Part shown: positions 63,583 through 64,000 of the stretch, one piece after another
How the letters are laid out: every line of letters starts with the position of its first letter
How positions within the stretch are numbered: the stretch's first letter is position 1
Assembly (NCBI RefSeq): GCF_018977255.1
Contig: NW_024704742.1
Location: 4,590,001 to 4,654,000, forward strand
Source: Callorhinchus milii
Taxonomy: Eukaryota
Length of the DNA: 64,000 nucleotides
Reading direction: 5' to 3'
The notes under the pieces: model-generated
Told to the model about the DNA's origin: nothing
Database searches by the model: none
What the model saw: the letters and a program-made list of their open reading frames with translations, nothing else
Position numbers and translations under genes: made by a program

Positions 63583-64000
63583 TGTATTAACTGAACTGCA
63601 ACATATTTAATAAGCATTTACCATGGAGCAAACTGTCCATAAGCCTAATGGAGACTATTGCTGCCAGGACTTAAGAGGAAATCTCTTTCATGAGTGGTGC
63701 CAGGATCATAAGGGAATCTTTTGCCACCACTGCAACAGAGACCAAAAAGGAATTCAGTACCATCACTGCCAATAGGCACTGAGAGAAATGTTTCCCACTC
63801 ACTGGGGACCTACAATCTAATTGTAGGTAGAATAATCTACTGCTCAAATAGATTTTAAAATGATTTATGCTGTGGAGCTAGCTACGGTGATGACTTTCAG
63901 TTTGGATTATAAGAGTGAAGCCAGAATTGCTGTTTCAAGGTCAAAGTTGAAGCTAAAGACAATTTATGAAAAGAATACATTTTAGTACTTTAGGCCATAT

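Noticed and set aside
1..64000. CRISPR arrays, rRNA, snRNA or prokaryote-type operons
   Set aside because: None seen. The recurring sequences are dispersed eukaryotic retroelements, not regularly spaced repeats.

Overview
Repeat-rich vertebrate genomic DNA. It is most likely from a cartilaginous fish (the SINE/LINE complement resembles that of chimaeras and sharks; this is inference from repeat families). No intact protein-coding gene is recognisable. The listed ORFs are LINE reverse-transcriptase relics, repeat-derived frames or chance frames. The window is dominated by tRNA-derived SINEs (older full Deu-domain copies and a younger short CORE-like/Deu chimera with an L2-type tail), CR1 and L2 fragments, a Tc1/mariner-type MITE, a probable DIRS relic and a degraded LINE resembling invertebrate elements. 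A CpG/GC-rich promoter-like region lies at about 36.9-40.3 kb, with candidate + strand exons (donor at 38308; exon 55691-55761), but the host gene could not be named. The most notable observations are four. (1) An abundant, unidentified non-coding retroposon of about 0.6 kb (8 copies) has an A-rich tail, 10-13 bp target-site duplications, 3' hairpins and no tRNA head. (2) A perfect 386-bp inverted duplication has the geometry of a staggered-break inversion but abuts an N gap. (3) SINE copies inside the CpG island have systematically more CpG than copies elsewhere. (4) A ~95-nt palindrome sits just upstream of the island.
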